Of a DNA stretch of 47,024 nt, positions 1 through 8,639 are shown piece after piece. A program made the translations under genes and the position numbers. Positions within the stretch are counted from its first letter, which is position 1. Every line of letters starts with the position of its first letter. The notes under the pieces are model-generated. The model saw only the letters and a list, made by a program, of their open reading frames with translations, ran no database searches and was not told where the DNA came from. The stretch is from an uncultured Planctomycetia bacterium (GTDB lineage: Bacteria > Omnitrophota > Gorgyraeia > Gorgyraeales > Gorgyraeaceae), in assembly GCA_964566255.1 (NCBI GenBank), contig CAZMID010000005.1, positions 30,830 to 77,853 on the forward strand, written 5' to 3'.

Positions 1-299
1 TCTGGTAAAGCTGTGGCCCCTAAATACAAATCAACTGCTGCAAATCCTGCATATACCGGTACATCATTTAATGTTACCTTGCCACCTCCGAGCTTCATCC
101 TGGGTTTTGTGTGGCCTATATTAAAATAAGCCCCAGAAGAACACATTGGACCAAATGTCCCTGTAGTTACAACATCCACCCGCTCAGCTGTTTTCTTTAG
201 ACCATCTTTTTCTACAAGGTCTATTACCTCTTCTGCTGTAACTACTATAGCCTCTCCTTTTTTGATTTTTTCATTTATTTCTTTAATGGTCTTTGACAT
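1..299 (-). CDS. Homocysteine biosynthesis protein / L-aspartate semialdehyde sulfurtransferase (DUF39, MA1821/MJ0100 family); 5' part only, runs off the window
   Basis: Not in the ORF track. Manual translation gives MSKTIKEINEKIKKGEAIVVTAEEV...VDVVTTGTFGPMCSSGAYFNIGH, the DUF39 N-terminal signature. AAGGAGG SD lies upstream of the ATG at 299. Confidence 0.88.
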   Translation of the reverse strand, partial: MSKTIKEINEKIKKGEAIVVTAEEVIDLVEKDGLKKTAERVDVVTTGTFGPMCSSGAYFNIGHTKPRMKLGGGKVTLNDVPVYAGFAAVDLYLGATALP

Positions 300-408
300 C
301 TTAAAAACCTCCTTTTTTATTTTACCATACAATAAAAAATAATCCCTCTTTTTTTAATCTAGACATCAGCCATACCATAAATACCACACCCCTTTCTATT
401 TTCATGAG

Positions 409-1335
409 TTAAAACTTATATAAATCTGTAGAGATGTATCTTTCTCCTGTATCAGGTAATATGACTACTATAACCTTATTTTTATTCTCTGGACGCTTGG
501 CTACTTCCAATGCTGCAGCTAAGGCTGCACCGCTTGATATACCTGCCAGTATCCCCTCTTTATTAGCTAAGTCCTTTGCAGCCAGGACTGCTTCTTCATT
601 TTTGACTTTAATAATTTCATCTATTAAGTTTTTATCTAAAACATCTGGAATAAATCCGGCTCCTATTCCCTGAATCTTATGAGGTCCTGATGCCCCCCCA
701 GAAAGTACAGGTGAATCTAATGGCTCAACTGCTACTGTTAAAAAAGATTTCTTTTTCTTCTTTAGTGCTTGAGCAATGCCTGTTAACGTCCCTCCTGTAC
801 CAACTCCTGAGATAAGAATATCTATTTTTCCATCTGTATCCTTCCAGATCTCTTCAGCTGTAGTTTCTCTATGGATCTTGGGATTCGCAGGATTTTTAAA
901 CTGTTGCGGCATAAATGCGCCTTTGGTAGATTTCGCAAGCTCTTCTGCCTTTTCAACTGCTCCTTTCATCCCTTTCTCACCTGGTGTTAGAACAATCTCT
1001 GCACCAAATAACTGTAAAACCTTTCTCCTTTCAATACTCATTGTATCAGGCATTGTAATAACCAGTTTATACCCTTTTGCTGCTGCAATAAATGCCAAGC
1101 CTATCCCAGTATTTCCGCTAGTGGGTTCTATTATTACTCCATTTGGTTTTAAAAGACCTTTTTCTTCTGCATCCTTTAGCATAGAAAGACCTATTCTATC
1201 TTTTACGCTGCCACAGGGATTAAATGATTCAAGCTTACCAAGGATTTCTGCATTAACATCCTTTGCTATTCTATTTAATCGGACCAAAGGCGTATTCCCT
1301 ATTGTCTCAATGATACTATTGTAAATCCTTGACAT
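409..1335 (-). CDS. cysK: Cysteine synthase A (O-acetylserine sulfhydrylase)
   Basis: [16 protein letters not shown] (PLP Lys), [32 protein letters not shown] motifs; AAGGAGG SD. Confidence 0.97.
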   Translation of the reverse strand: MSRIYNSIIETIGNTPLVRLNRIAKDVNAEILGKLESFNPCGSVKDRIGLSMLKDAEEKGLLKPNGVIIEPTSGNTGIGLAFIAAAKGYKLVITMPDTMSIERRKVLQLFGAEIVLTPGEKGMKGAVEKAEELAKSTKGAFMPQQFKNPANPKIHRETTAEEIWKDTDGKIDILISGVGTGGTLTGIAQALKKKKKSFLTVAVEPLDSPVLSGGASGPHKIQGIGAGFIPDVLDKNLIDEIIKVKNEEAVLAAKDLANKEGILAGISSGAALAAALEVAKRPENKNKVIVVILPDTGERYISTDLYKF

Positions 1336-1349
1336 AAAACAGCCTCCTT

Positions 1350-1802
1350 TTATATATGATAAGTATAATTTGGTTTTTCCTTTTTCTTTGCCTCAAATCG
1401 CCTAACAAGTTCAGCAAAGGTAATAGTATCTATGACTAAAGATGTAGCTGCATAGATCTGGCTCCATATATCCTTAAAAACACAGGTCTTGAAATCTTTA
1501 CATTCTTCATAGGATTTTTTGCCTACACATGTAACAGGCTCTACAGGTCCTTCTATGAATCTAATCGCTTCTCCAAGTGTTATCTCTTCAGGTGGCTTCG
1601 CAAGAAAATACCCTCCACTTACACCGCGCTTACTATCTACAAACCCTCCCTTTTTTAGACTCAATAACACCTGTTCTAAGAATTTATCAGGGATATCACC
1701 TTTTTGTGCAAGGTCATTGATTGATACAACACCCTTATTATAATTAACAGCTAGTTCCAATAAGGTCTTAAGAGCATAGTCACCTTTATAACTTATCTTC
1801 AT
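1350..1802 (-). CDS. Rrf2-family transcriptional regulator (IscR/CymR-like)
   Basis: [35 protein letters not shown] winged HTH; three Cys (TCV..ECK..TCV); C-terminus YTYHI. Confidence 0.93.
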   Translation of the reverse strand: MKISYKGDYALKTLLELAVNYNKGVVSINDLAQKGDIPDKFLEQVLLSLKKGGFVDSKRGVSGGYFLAKPPEEITLGEAIRFIEGPVEPVTCVGKKSYEECKDFKTCVFKDIWSQIYAATSLVIDTITFAELVRRFEAKKKEKPNYTYHI

Positions 1803-1813
1803 ATCAATCCTCC

Positions 1814-1849
1814 TAATCTCTATAATTATGATTTGTTTAGTAGAGATTA
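1814..1849. promoter_or_regulatory. 9-bp perfect inverted repeat, candidate Rrf2 operator
   Basis: TAATCTCTA (1814-1822), 18-nt spacer, TAGAGATTA (1841-1849); overlaps the -10 and transcription start of the Rrf2 promoter. Confidence 0.55.
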
Positions 1850-1873
1850 TAACATAACCTTAAATATTGTCAA
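1846..1873 (-). promoter_or_regulatory. Sigma70 promoter of the rrf2-cysK-DUF39 operon
   Basis: TTGACA (1873-1868), 16 nt, TATAAT (1851-1846) with an extended -10 TG. Confidence 0.8.
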
Positions 1874-1884
1874 GTATTTTTTAA

Positions 1885-2880
1885 TTAAATTCTAAAATGG
1901 GAAATGATTGAATCAGGAGCGGCTTTGACCGAAATGGATTTTGATTCTTTGGAAATAGCAGGACTATACTCTACCTTTACAGCTTGAGAATCAGCATCTG
2001 AATACCTAACCAGAATAGATGAAATCAAACTAAGTTCTTCTTCTATCTTGCCTCTTACTAGAGCTATTGGGCTTGGTATATCCAAGATATCAAATATAAC
2101 ATCGCTTGGTTTTGAAAAATTAAGAAGTTTTTTATTCTCTTCTTCGTTGCGACCTACAAATAGTTTTACATCTTTTGATATCCTAAACTGCCTTCCGACT
2201 TTTAAAAGGTGTAAATCACTTACATCGTAATCAGGATTATATTTAAAAAGGTCCTTCAACCTGTTACTAAAACCCTTATCTGTCAAAAGGCACCCCCCTG
2301 CAGGGCAGGGATAATCATTGATACTAAATTCTTTTGCAAGATTAATCTGCCTATCTCTCTTGCGACCCTGAATGTCTAAGAGTTTATTTCTATCTACAAT
2401 ACCCTTTTCCTCTGGGATGGTTGGTTTAAATAATTTTGCTGATAAAGGTCTTACAATTAAACCTTGGAGTCCTGATTCTTTTTCTATTATCTCTATGGCA
2501 TGCCTTTTTTGTGACATAGGTCGCTCGCCTAAAACTTCTCCTGTTATTACAAACGAGGCTCCTATTTCATCCATAAAATCCTTGGCCTTTTTGAATGTAA
2601 AAATCCTGCAATCTAAGCAGGGATTCATGTTTCTTCCTCGGTAATATTTTGGATTTTTTACTACCTCCATATATTCTAAAGTTATATTCATTACCTTTAA
2701 AGGAACACCTAATTCTTTAGAGGCCTTTGTAGCCTGATGCATACATCCTTTTGAAGTGCACGTACAAAATACTGTCAGAAAATTCAAGGCATGTACCTCT
2801 ATATCTTGTTCAAGCATGAGCCTAATGGCCAATATACTATCAAGCCCCCCGGAAAACAAAGCAACTGCTTTTGGTTTCAT
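1885..2880 (-). CDS. PP-loop tRNA sulfurtransferase-like protein (ThiI/MnmA-related, with probable DUF814-like C-terminal domain)
   Basis: FSGGLDS PP-loop, NPCLDCR, TGEVLGERPMSQ, YPCPAGGCLLT, VGRNEEEN. Confidence 0.8.
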   Translation of the reverse strand: MKPKAVALFSGGLDSILAIRLMLEQDIEVHALNFLTVFCTCTSKGCMHQATKASKELGVPLKVMNITLEYMEVVKNPKYYRGRNMNPCLDCRIFTFKKAKDFMDEIGASFVITGEVLGERPMSQKRHAIEIIEKESGLQGLIVRPLSAKLFKPTIPEEKGIVDRNKLLDIQGRKRDRQINLAKEFSINDYPCPAGGCLLTDKGFSNRLKDLFKYNPDYDVSDLHLLKVGRQFRISKDVKLFVGRNEEENKKLLNFSKPSDVIFDILDIPSPIALVRGKIEEELSLISSILVRYSDADSQAVKVEYSPAISKESKSISVKAAPDSIISHFRI

Positions 2881-4196
2881 AAGTGTTTTCTTAGTTTTTC
2901 TAGATATTCTTTTATTTTCTTCTCGTAGCCAATATCCGCTGGTTCATAATAAGTCTTTCTCTCTGGAATATAATCCTGTTCTACAAAATGATCCTTATAT
3001 TCATGGGCGTATTTATAGCCTTTACCTCTATCTAATGATTTTGCACCAGGATAATGTGCATCTTTAAGATGTAACGGTACTTCCATTGTTCTGGACTCTT
3101 CTACGTCCTTCATTGCCTTATCAATGCCAAGGTAACTAGCATTACTTTTTGGGGCGCATGCAATATAACAGGTTGCTTGAGCAAGAGGAATTCTAGCCTC
3201 AGGCATACCAACAAATTCAGATACCTGAAAAGCTGCGTTTGCTACTACAAGCGCCTGTGGATCAGCATTACCAACGTCTTCTGCAGCACATATAACAATG
3301 CGTCTTGCAATAAAACGCGGGTCTTCACCTGCATAAAGCATCTTTGCCAGCCAATACAATGCTGCATCAGGATCAGATCCCCTCATACTCTTAATAAATG
3401 CAGAGATTGTATCATAATGACCATCTTCATCCCTATCATAAAGAACTGCTTTTTTCTGTATAGATTCTTCTGCTACCTTAATATTAAAATCTATGATGTT
3501 ACTCTTATTTACTTTTGTAGTCAATGCACCTACTTCCAGTGCATTAAGGGCCTTTCTTGCATCTCCATCTGAAGAATCCGCAAGAAAATACAGAACCTCT
3601 TCATCAATCTTTATAGACATCTTGCCCAAGCCTCTTTCTTTATCCTTTAATGCATTATTTAATATTGTAACTATATCTTCTTTTGAAAGTTTTTTTAATT
3701 CAAAGACTATTGATCTGGAAATAAGAGGTGAAACCAATGAAAAAAATGGATTATGAGTTGTTGCGCCTATTAAAACAGGGTTTCCTTTTTCGACATCAGG
3801 CATTAAGACATCCTGTTGGGCCTTATTAAACCGGTGGATCTCATCTATAAAAAGTATTGTCTTCCTGCCAGAAAGTTCTTCTTGTTTTTTAGATGATTTT
3901 ATTGCTTCCCTTAGTTCCTGAACATTTGAAATAACTGCATTTATCTCATAAAAATATGCCTTTGTAATATTGGCAATAATATATGCAAGGGCAGTCTTTC
4001 CAGTGCCAGGAGGTCCGTACAAAATAAGGGAGGTAAGCCTATCAGCATCTATGGCTCTACGTAAAAGCTTATCTTCTCCGAGTATGTGCAGTTGTCCTAC
4101 AAACTCATTTAATGACTTGGGACGCATCTTTATAGCTAAAGGATAAATCTTTTTCATGTTTTTATTCTTTTTTTGGATTTCAAATAAATCAGGCAT
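2877..4196 (-). CDS. rarA: Replication-associated recombination protein A (AAA+ ATPase, MgsA/RarA)
   Basis: MRPKSL.EFVGQ, GPPGTGKT, FIDEIHRFNKAQQD, SAFIKSMRGSDPDAA. Start moved to ATG 4196 (MPDLF) because the track start at 4220 falls inside 6S RNA. Confidence 0.95.
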   Translation of the reverse strand: MPDLFEIQKKNKNMKKIYPLAIKMRPKSLNEFVGQLHILGEDKLLRRAIDADRLTSLILYGPPGTGKTALAYIIANITKAYFYEINAVISNVQELREAIKSSKKQEELSGRKTILFIDEIHRFNKAQQDVLMPDVEKGNPVLIGATTHNPFFSLVSPLISRSIVFELKKLSKEDIVTILNNALKDKERGLGKMSIKIDEEVLYFLADSSDGDARKALNALEVGALTTKVNKSNIIDFNIKVAEESIQKKAVLYDRDEDGHYDTISAFIKSMRGSDPDAALYWLAKMLYAGEDPRFIARRIVICAAEDVGNADPQALVVANAAFQVSEFVGMPEARIPLAQATCYIACAPKSNASYLGIDKAMKDVEESRTMEVPLHLKDAHYPGAKSLDRGKGYKYAHEYKDHFVEQDYIPERKTYYEPADIGYEKKIKEYLEKLRKHL

Positions 4197-4210
4197 GGCT
4201 AAAAATAAAA

Positions 4211-4391
4211 ATCCCCACAAATGCCGTGTAAAAGTATGCTTTATGAACCCTCTAAAAAGGTGGGTACCCTCTTAGATGCTTATTGTTCCCTTGCTCTAAT
4301 AGCCAAGGTATACAGCCGCATCTAAAGTTAGGTCCCCCATATAGTGGTGTTGGTTCAAAAACCTTCTTTTACCTCGCACATTGCAGGGACT
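4211..4391 (-). ncRNA. ssrS: 6S RNA
   Basis: About 180 nt. Closing stem GUCCCUGCAAUGUGCG / CACGGCAUUUGUGGGGAU, inner UUGAACC / GGUUCA, and ACCCACC / GGGGGAC-type central elements typical of 6S; own promoter upstream; pheT-ssrS-rarA context. Confidence 0.88.
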
Positions 4392-4397
4392 ATGGTT

Positions 4398-4426
4398 ATT
4401 ATACCATAAATTTTCAAATAAATCAA
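4398..4426 (-). promoter_or_regulatory. Sigma70 promoter of 6S RNA
   Basis: TTGATT (4426-4421), 17 nt, TATAAT (4403-4398) with extended TG; predicted start at about 4391 matches the 6S 5' end. Confidence 0.8.
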
Positions 4427-6493
4427 TTACCTTATCTGGGCACCTAACTTATCGACGAGGGCCTTTTGTATATTTTTGTGGATTTCGGTGACCTCTTCGT
4501 CCTTCAAGGTCTTTTCATCTGAACGATATTCCACGCTATATGCCAAGCTCTTCTTACCTTGCTCTATCTGCTGCCCTTTATAAAGATCAAAGACATCTAT
4601 TGCTTTAACCAGGTCATTTCCATTCTTTTCTATAACACCTAATATATCTGAAGCACTGATAGAATCATCTACGAGCATTGATATATCTCTTTTCATGGAA
4701 GGATATCGAGTTAAAGCAATGAATTTTTTCTTTAAATTCGCATATTTTAATAAATCCTCCATGGACACTTCAGCTACATATACCCTCTGTTTTATATTAA
4801 ATCTCTTGGCAACATCTGGCTTTACTTCTCCAAGGATACCAAGTATATTTCCATCTATTTTTATATTAATAGACATGTTATCCTTAAAAACAAAGGATTC
4901 TTTTGCCTTTTCAATTGTATAATTTTTTATACCGAGCTCTTTTAAAAATAACACCATAATACCTTTTAAATCAAAGAAATCCATTTCTCTCGGTTTTTCC
5001 TTCCAGTTCCCAGAGGTAACTCCGCAAAGTCCAAGACAAAGATTTGTTTTTTCCAATATTTCATCTTTCTTTTCTTGTTTTAGATAAATCTTATCTATCT
5101 CGAAAAGCTGAAGAAGAGGGTTCTTTCTATTTAGATTCCAGCCTAAAGCCTGTAACATTTCTGGCAATAAGCTAGGTCTCATAACCTCCTGATTGGAACT
5201 TAAAGGATTTGCAAGTTGTACCACATTATCAAAACTCATGCCCACTCTTTCTATGGCATGACGACTCGTCAAGGCATAAGTAACTATCTCATCCATACCT
5301 AGAGAATAAAGAATCCTTTTTGATTCCTTCTCTAGCGACAATTGATCTTTTTTCTCTTCTAGATAAGTCTTCTGTACTGTAAAAGAAGGGACTTTTGCAG
5401 GGATCTTATCATAGCCATAAACTCTAGCTATCTCCTCTATTAAGTCTATTTCTCTTTCCAGGTCCTTCCTATAATAAGGAATTCTTACAAGCATTTTATC
5501 TTTGGATTTTTTAACCACTGTAAAATCTAATCTCTTAAAAAGTTCTATTATCTTCCTAGAATCTATATCTATTCCTAAGACCCTGGGGATTTCATCTAAG
5601 TTAAGAGCTATCTCCTCTTCTTTTAGCTTCTTTCCTCCTTTATCAGTCACTGTGCCCTTAAGTCTACCACCTGCTATTTCTTTAATCAATTCCTGGGCCC
5701 TTGCACTACCAGAAAGAATCATTGCAAAATCTACTCCTCTTTCAAACCTATAACTTGATTCTGAGGCAAGAAGTAATTTTTGCTGGGCACGCCTTACCAT
5801 AACAGGATCAAAATATGCGCTTTCCAATAATATGTTTTTAGTTCCTTCTGTTATTTCAGTGTCTTTACCACCCATTATACCTGCTATTGCTACAGGGCGT
5901 TCTTTGTCTGCTATAACCAGCATCGTAGGATCCAACTCTCTTCTTATGCCATCTATGGTAATAATATTTTCTCCAGCTTTTGCTTTTCTTACTATTATTT
6001 TATTTCCTTCTAACTTATCTAAATCAAATGCATGCAGAGGTTGCCCTGTTTCAAATAATGCATAGTTTGTTATATCCACTATATTATTGACTGATCTTAC
6101 TCCCATGGCATTTAGTCTTTCGATCAGCCATTTAGGAGAAGGGGCAACTTTTACATTCTTTATAATGCATCCTACATATCTCAAGCAGCCCTTTTTGTCT
6201 AGTATCTCTATCTTTGCACTGCCTTGAGCTGGGGCTTTTTTCATATAATATTTTTTTATGGATTGAGGAGTTTTTAAAGATTTATCTGTCGCAGCTCTCA
6301 GCTCTCTTGCAACACCCAAAATAGATAAACAATCCGACCTATTAGGGGTTATCTCTATATCCACAATACAATCTTTTTCTATTGTTTGGGAAGATGTTAC
6401 TTCCAGACCTATCATTGTAAGTGATTCTTGCACTTTATCCAATCCACCTTTTATATCAATAAAATCTTTTAACCAACTTAAACTAACTCGCAT
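4427..6493 (-). CDS. pheT: Phenylalanine--tRNA ligase beta subunit (short form lacking the B2 OB-fold)
   Basis: MRVSLSWL, EITPNRSDCLS, NNIVDITNY, ESSYRFERGVD, EIDLIEEIARVYGY; C-terminal FDX-ACB (KSLAYSVEYRS). Confidence 0.96.
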   Translation of the reverse strand: MRVSLSWLKDFIDIKGGLDKVQESLTMIGLEVTSSQTIEKDCIVDIEITPNRSDCLSILGVARELRAATDKSLKTPQSIKKYYMKKAPAQGSAKIEILDKKGCLRYVGCIIKNVKVAPSPKWLIERLNAMGVRSVNNIVDITNYALFETGQPLHAFDLDKLEGNKIIVRKAKAGENIITIDGIRRELDPTMLVIADKERPVAIAGIMGGKDTEITEGTKNILLESAYFDPVMVRRAQQKLLLASESSYRFERGVDFAMILSGSARAQELIKEIAGGRLKGTVTDKGGKKLKEEEIALNLDEIPRVLGIDIDSRKIIELFKRLDFTVVKKSKDKMLVRIPYYRKDLEREIDLIEEIARVYGYDKIPAKVPSFTVQKTYLEEKKDQLSLEKESKRILYSLGMDEIVTYALTSRHAIERVGMSFDNVVQLANPLSSNQEVMRPSLLPEMLQALGWNLNRKNPLLQLFEIDKIYLKQEKKDEILEKTNLCLGLCGVTSGNWKEKPREMDFFDLKGIMVLFLKELGIKNYTIEKAKESFVFKDNMSINIKIDGNILGILGEVKPDVAKRFNIKQRVYVAEVSMEDLLKYANLKKKFIALTRYPSMKRDISMLVDDSISASDILGVIEKNGNDLVKAIDVFDLYKGQQIEQGKKSLAYSVEYRSDEKTLKDEEVTEIHKNIQKALVDKLGAQIR

Positions 6494-6507
6494 AATTACC
6501 TACCTTC

Positions 6508-7605
6508 CTATTCTTTCTTCAATCTTTCCACTTCAAGAGTTTCTATGTCAGATCTAATTGCCTTTACCTCCCAGAAAAATTTTCCATCCTGCTTTGTACC
6601 ATAAACCTTAAATTTATTATCAATTACTTCGGATGCACTTAATAGATACGGCTGGGTTCCTTTAGCAGTCAAATAAACTGTTCTATTTTCTTTTCTCGCC
6701 AACGCCTCAAAATAATCGGGTAATTCTATTATTGTTTCTCCATTTACTAACTGAGATTCGCCGCGATAATATACGCCTGCCTCAGGTCCTTCTAAAGAAG
6801 AATGAGCAAGGCTATAACCTGGCCTAGTAGGATGATCTATTACAAATGCCTTGTTGCCAGTTACGGCAAGATTGCCATCAATAGTTAATCCTCCCCATAT
6901 AAAGGTAGCGCGGTCACTTCTAACGCGCATCAAGTCTTGATCGCGCGAGTTCCTTAAATATAAAGCCGAAGAATTAGCATCATTCGTGGCGCTACTTAGA
7001 TTCAACCTTACACCACCTACTGGTGCTACCCCAATGCCAACATCGCCACCTTCTATTGTCAGCCTATCTTCTATTAAGTTATTTCTAGTCCTAGTCTGAA
7101 TCTTAAATACTGCATTATTATCATTGCCTCGACTTCCAGCTTGGCCAATAAGCTTAACTTGAGGCGTATCATAGACATCATAGAATGATATATAAGAGCC
7201 TTGGTTAGCAACTGCCCTTTCGAAAAAATATTTTAATTTTAAAGCTTCGTACAAGTCGTCTCGATCATCTTCTAATCTCTCTTTTGAAATCTCCAAAGGT
7301 GCGCTTGGCTCTGGCGTTCCAATACCAACTCTTCCTTCTACTATCACACTATCTTCTGGTGCTTGTATGTCTTCATCTCCAGCATATTCTCTCCCTACTA
7401 CAAGATTTTCAAACCGGGCTTCAATATTCAGTCCTTCAAAATTTAGCTCATCCCTGACATTTAATGTTCCAACATCCAGCTCTTCATATGCACCATATGG
7501 TGCAGGGTAGTATGTTGTAAGGGTTATCTCTTCTGCAATGCTAGAAACACCTATAAATAACATCAAAAATAAGAATACATAGAAAAATCTCAATATTCTT
7601 TTCAT
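6508..7605 (-). CDS. Secreted hypothetical protein with fibre-like G.VGIG repeats and a tail-fibre-like C-terminal domain
   Basis: Signal peptide ending SIA, then EEITLTTYYPAPYG; GRVGIGTPEP and GDVGIGVAP repeats; C-terminal KAFVIDHP..EGPEAGVYYRG..LPDYF..FFWEVKAIR. GGAGG SD. Confidence 0.8.
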   Translation of the reverse strand: MKRILRFFYVFLFLMLFIGVSSIAEEITLTTYYPAPYGAYEELDVGTLNVRDELNFEGLNIEARFENLVVGREYAGDEDIQAPEDSVIVEGRVGIGTPEPSAPLEISKERLEDDRDDLYEALKLKYFFERAVANQGSYISFYDVYDTPQVKLIGQAGSRGNDNNAVFKIQTRTRNNLIEDRLTIEGGDVGIGVAPVGGVRLNLSSATNDANSSALYLRNSRDQDLMRVRSDRATFIWGGLTIDGNLAVTGNKAFVIDHPTRPGYSLAHSSLEGPEAGVYYRGESQLVNGETIIELPDYFEALARKENRTVYLTAKGTQPYLLSASEVIDNKFKVYGTKQDGKFFWEVKAIRSDIETLEVERLKKE

Positions 7606-7613
7606 ATACCCTC

Positions 7614-8630
7614 CTAAAACTGTTTTAAGAACCGAACATCATTTTCATAAAAAAGTCTTATATCATCTATCCCGTGTTTTAACATACAAATTCTATCTAT
7701 ACCCATGCCAAATGCAAAACCGGTATACTCTTTAGGATCATATTTTACAAACTCAAATACTTTTGGATTTATCATACCTGCGCCTAATATCTCAAGCCAT
7801 CCTTTATGAGAACAAACTCTACAACCTTTGCCTTCGCATATAAAACAAGATATATCGATTTCTGCTGAAGGTTCTGTAAAAGGAAAATAATGCGGTCTAA
7901 ACCTCATTTTTACATTATCTCCAAAATATTCTTTAGCGAATTTTTCCAAAACGCCTTTTAAATCAGAAAACACAATTCCTTTATTCACCATAAACCCTTC
8001 TATCTGATAAAACATAAAGGAGTGACTTGCATCTACTGCATCAGGTCTATAGACTTTGCCAGCGTGAACGATTTGAATGGGAGGTTTTTCCTTTTCCATT
8101 ATTCTTATCTGTGCGGTCGAGGTCTGACTACGAAGAAGCCTGCCATTTTCAACATAAAATGTATGAAAAGTCTCTCTTGAAGGATGATTCTTTGGGATAT
8201 TAAGTGCCTCAAAATTATAAAACTCTGTTTCTACCTCAGGGGTTTCAACAGATTTAAACCCCATCTTAACAAATATCTCTATAATATCTTCCATGGTCTT
8301 TATAAGAGGGTGTTTATGACCGATTTCTCTGGGGATACCAGGAAGTGTTATATCATTATATTCAAAAAGAGACTGTTCTTCTTCTCTAAAATGCTGCTCT
8401 TTTTCCTCGATAAGAGAGGTTATTTTTTTCTTGGCCTCATTTATGAATTGACCTACCTTTGGCTTATCTTTTTTAGCAACATTTTTTATTTTCTTTATAG
8501 AACTTGTGATTTCACCTTTTCTTCCAAGGTATTTAACTCTTATTTTTTCAAGCTCTTCAATATTACCTGCATCTAAAACTTCTTTTAGAGCAGTTTTTTC
8601 TACACCTTTTAATTTTTCCAGAAGCTTCAT
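7614..8630 (-). CDS. pheS: Phenylalanine--tRNA ligase alpha subunit
   Basis: YLGRKG, NFEALNIP..HPSR, LRSQTS, RFRPHYFPFTEPS, GFAFGMGIDR, DVRFLKQF. Confidence 0.98.
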   Translation of the reverse strand: MKLLEKLKGVEKTALKEVLDAGNIEELEKIRVKYLGRKGEITSSIKKIKNVAKKDKPKVGQFINEAKKKITSLIEEKEQHFREEEQSLFEYNDITLPGIPREIGHKHPLIKTMEDIIEIFVKMGFKSVETPEVETEFYNFEALNIPKNHPSRETFHTFYVENGRLLRSQTSTAQIRIMEKEKPPIQIVHAGKVYRPDAVDASHSFMFYQIEGFMVNKGIVFSDLKGVLEKFAKEYFGDNVKMRFRPHYFPFTEPSAEIDISCFICEGKGCRVCSHKGWLEILGAGMINPKVFEFVKYDPKEYTGFAFGMGIDRICMLKHGIDDIRLFYENDVRFLKQF

Positions 8631-8639
8631 TCTATCCCC

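Noticed and set aside
322-405. Minus-strand mini-ORF MKIERGVVFMVWLMSRLKKEGLFFIVW between cysK and DUF39, considered as a leader peptide
   Set aside because: No run of Cys/Met codons, no attenuator hairpin and no recognisable family; cannot be supported.
4197-4220. N-terminal extension of rarA in the ORF track
   Set aside because: It overlaps the 6S RNA 3' stem.
6508-7605. Prophage remnant or diversity-generating-retroelement target explanation for the fibre-like gene
   Set aside because: No other phage gene, reverse transcriptase or template repeat in the window; the signal peptide argues for a cellular protein.
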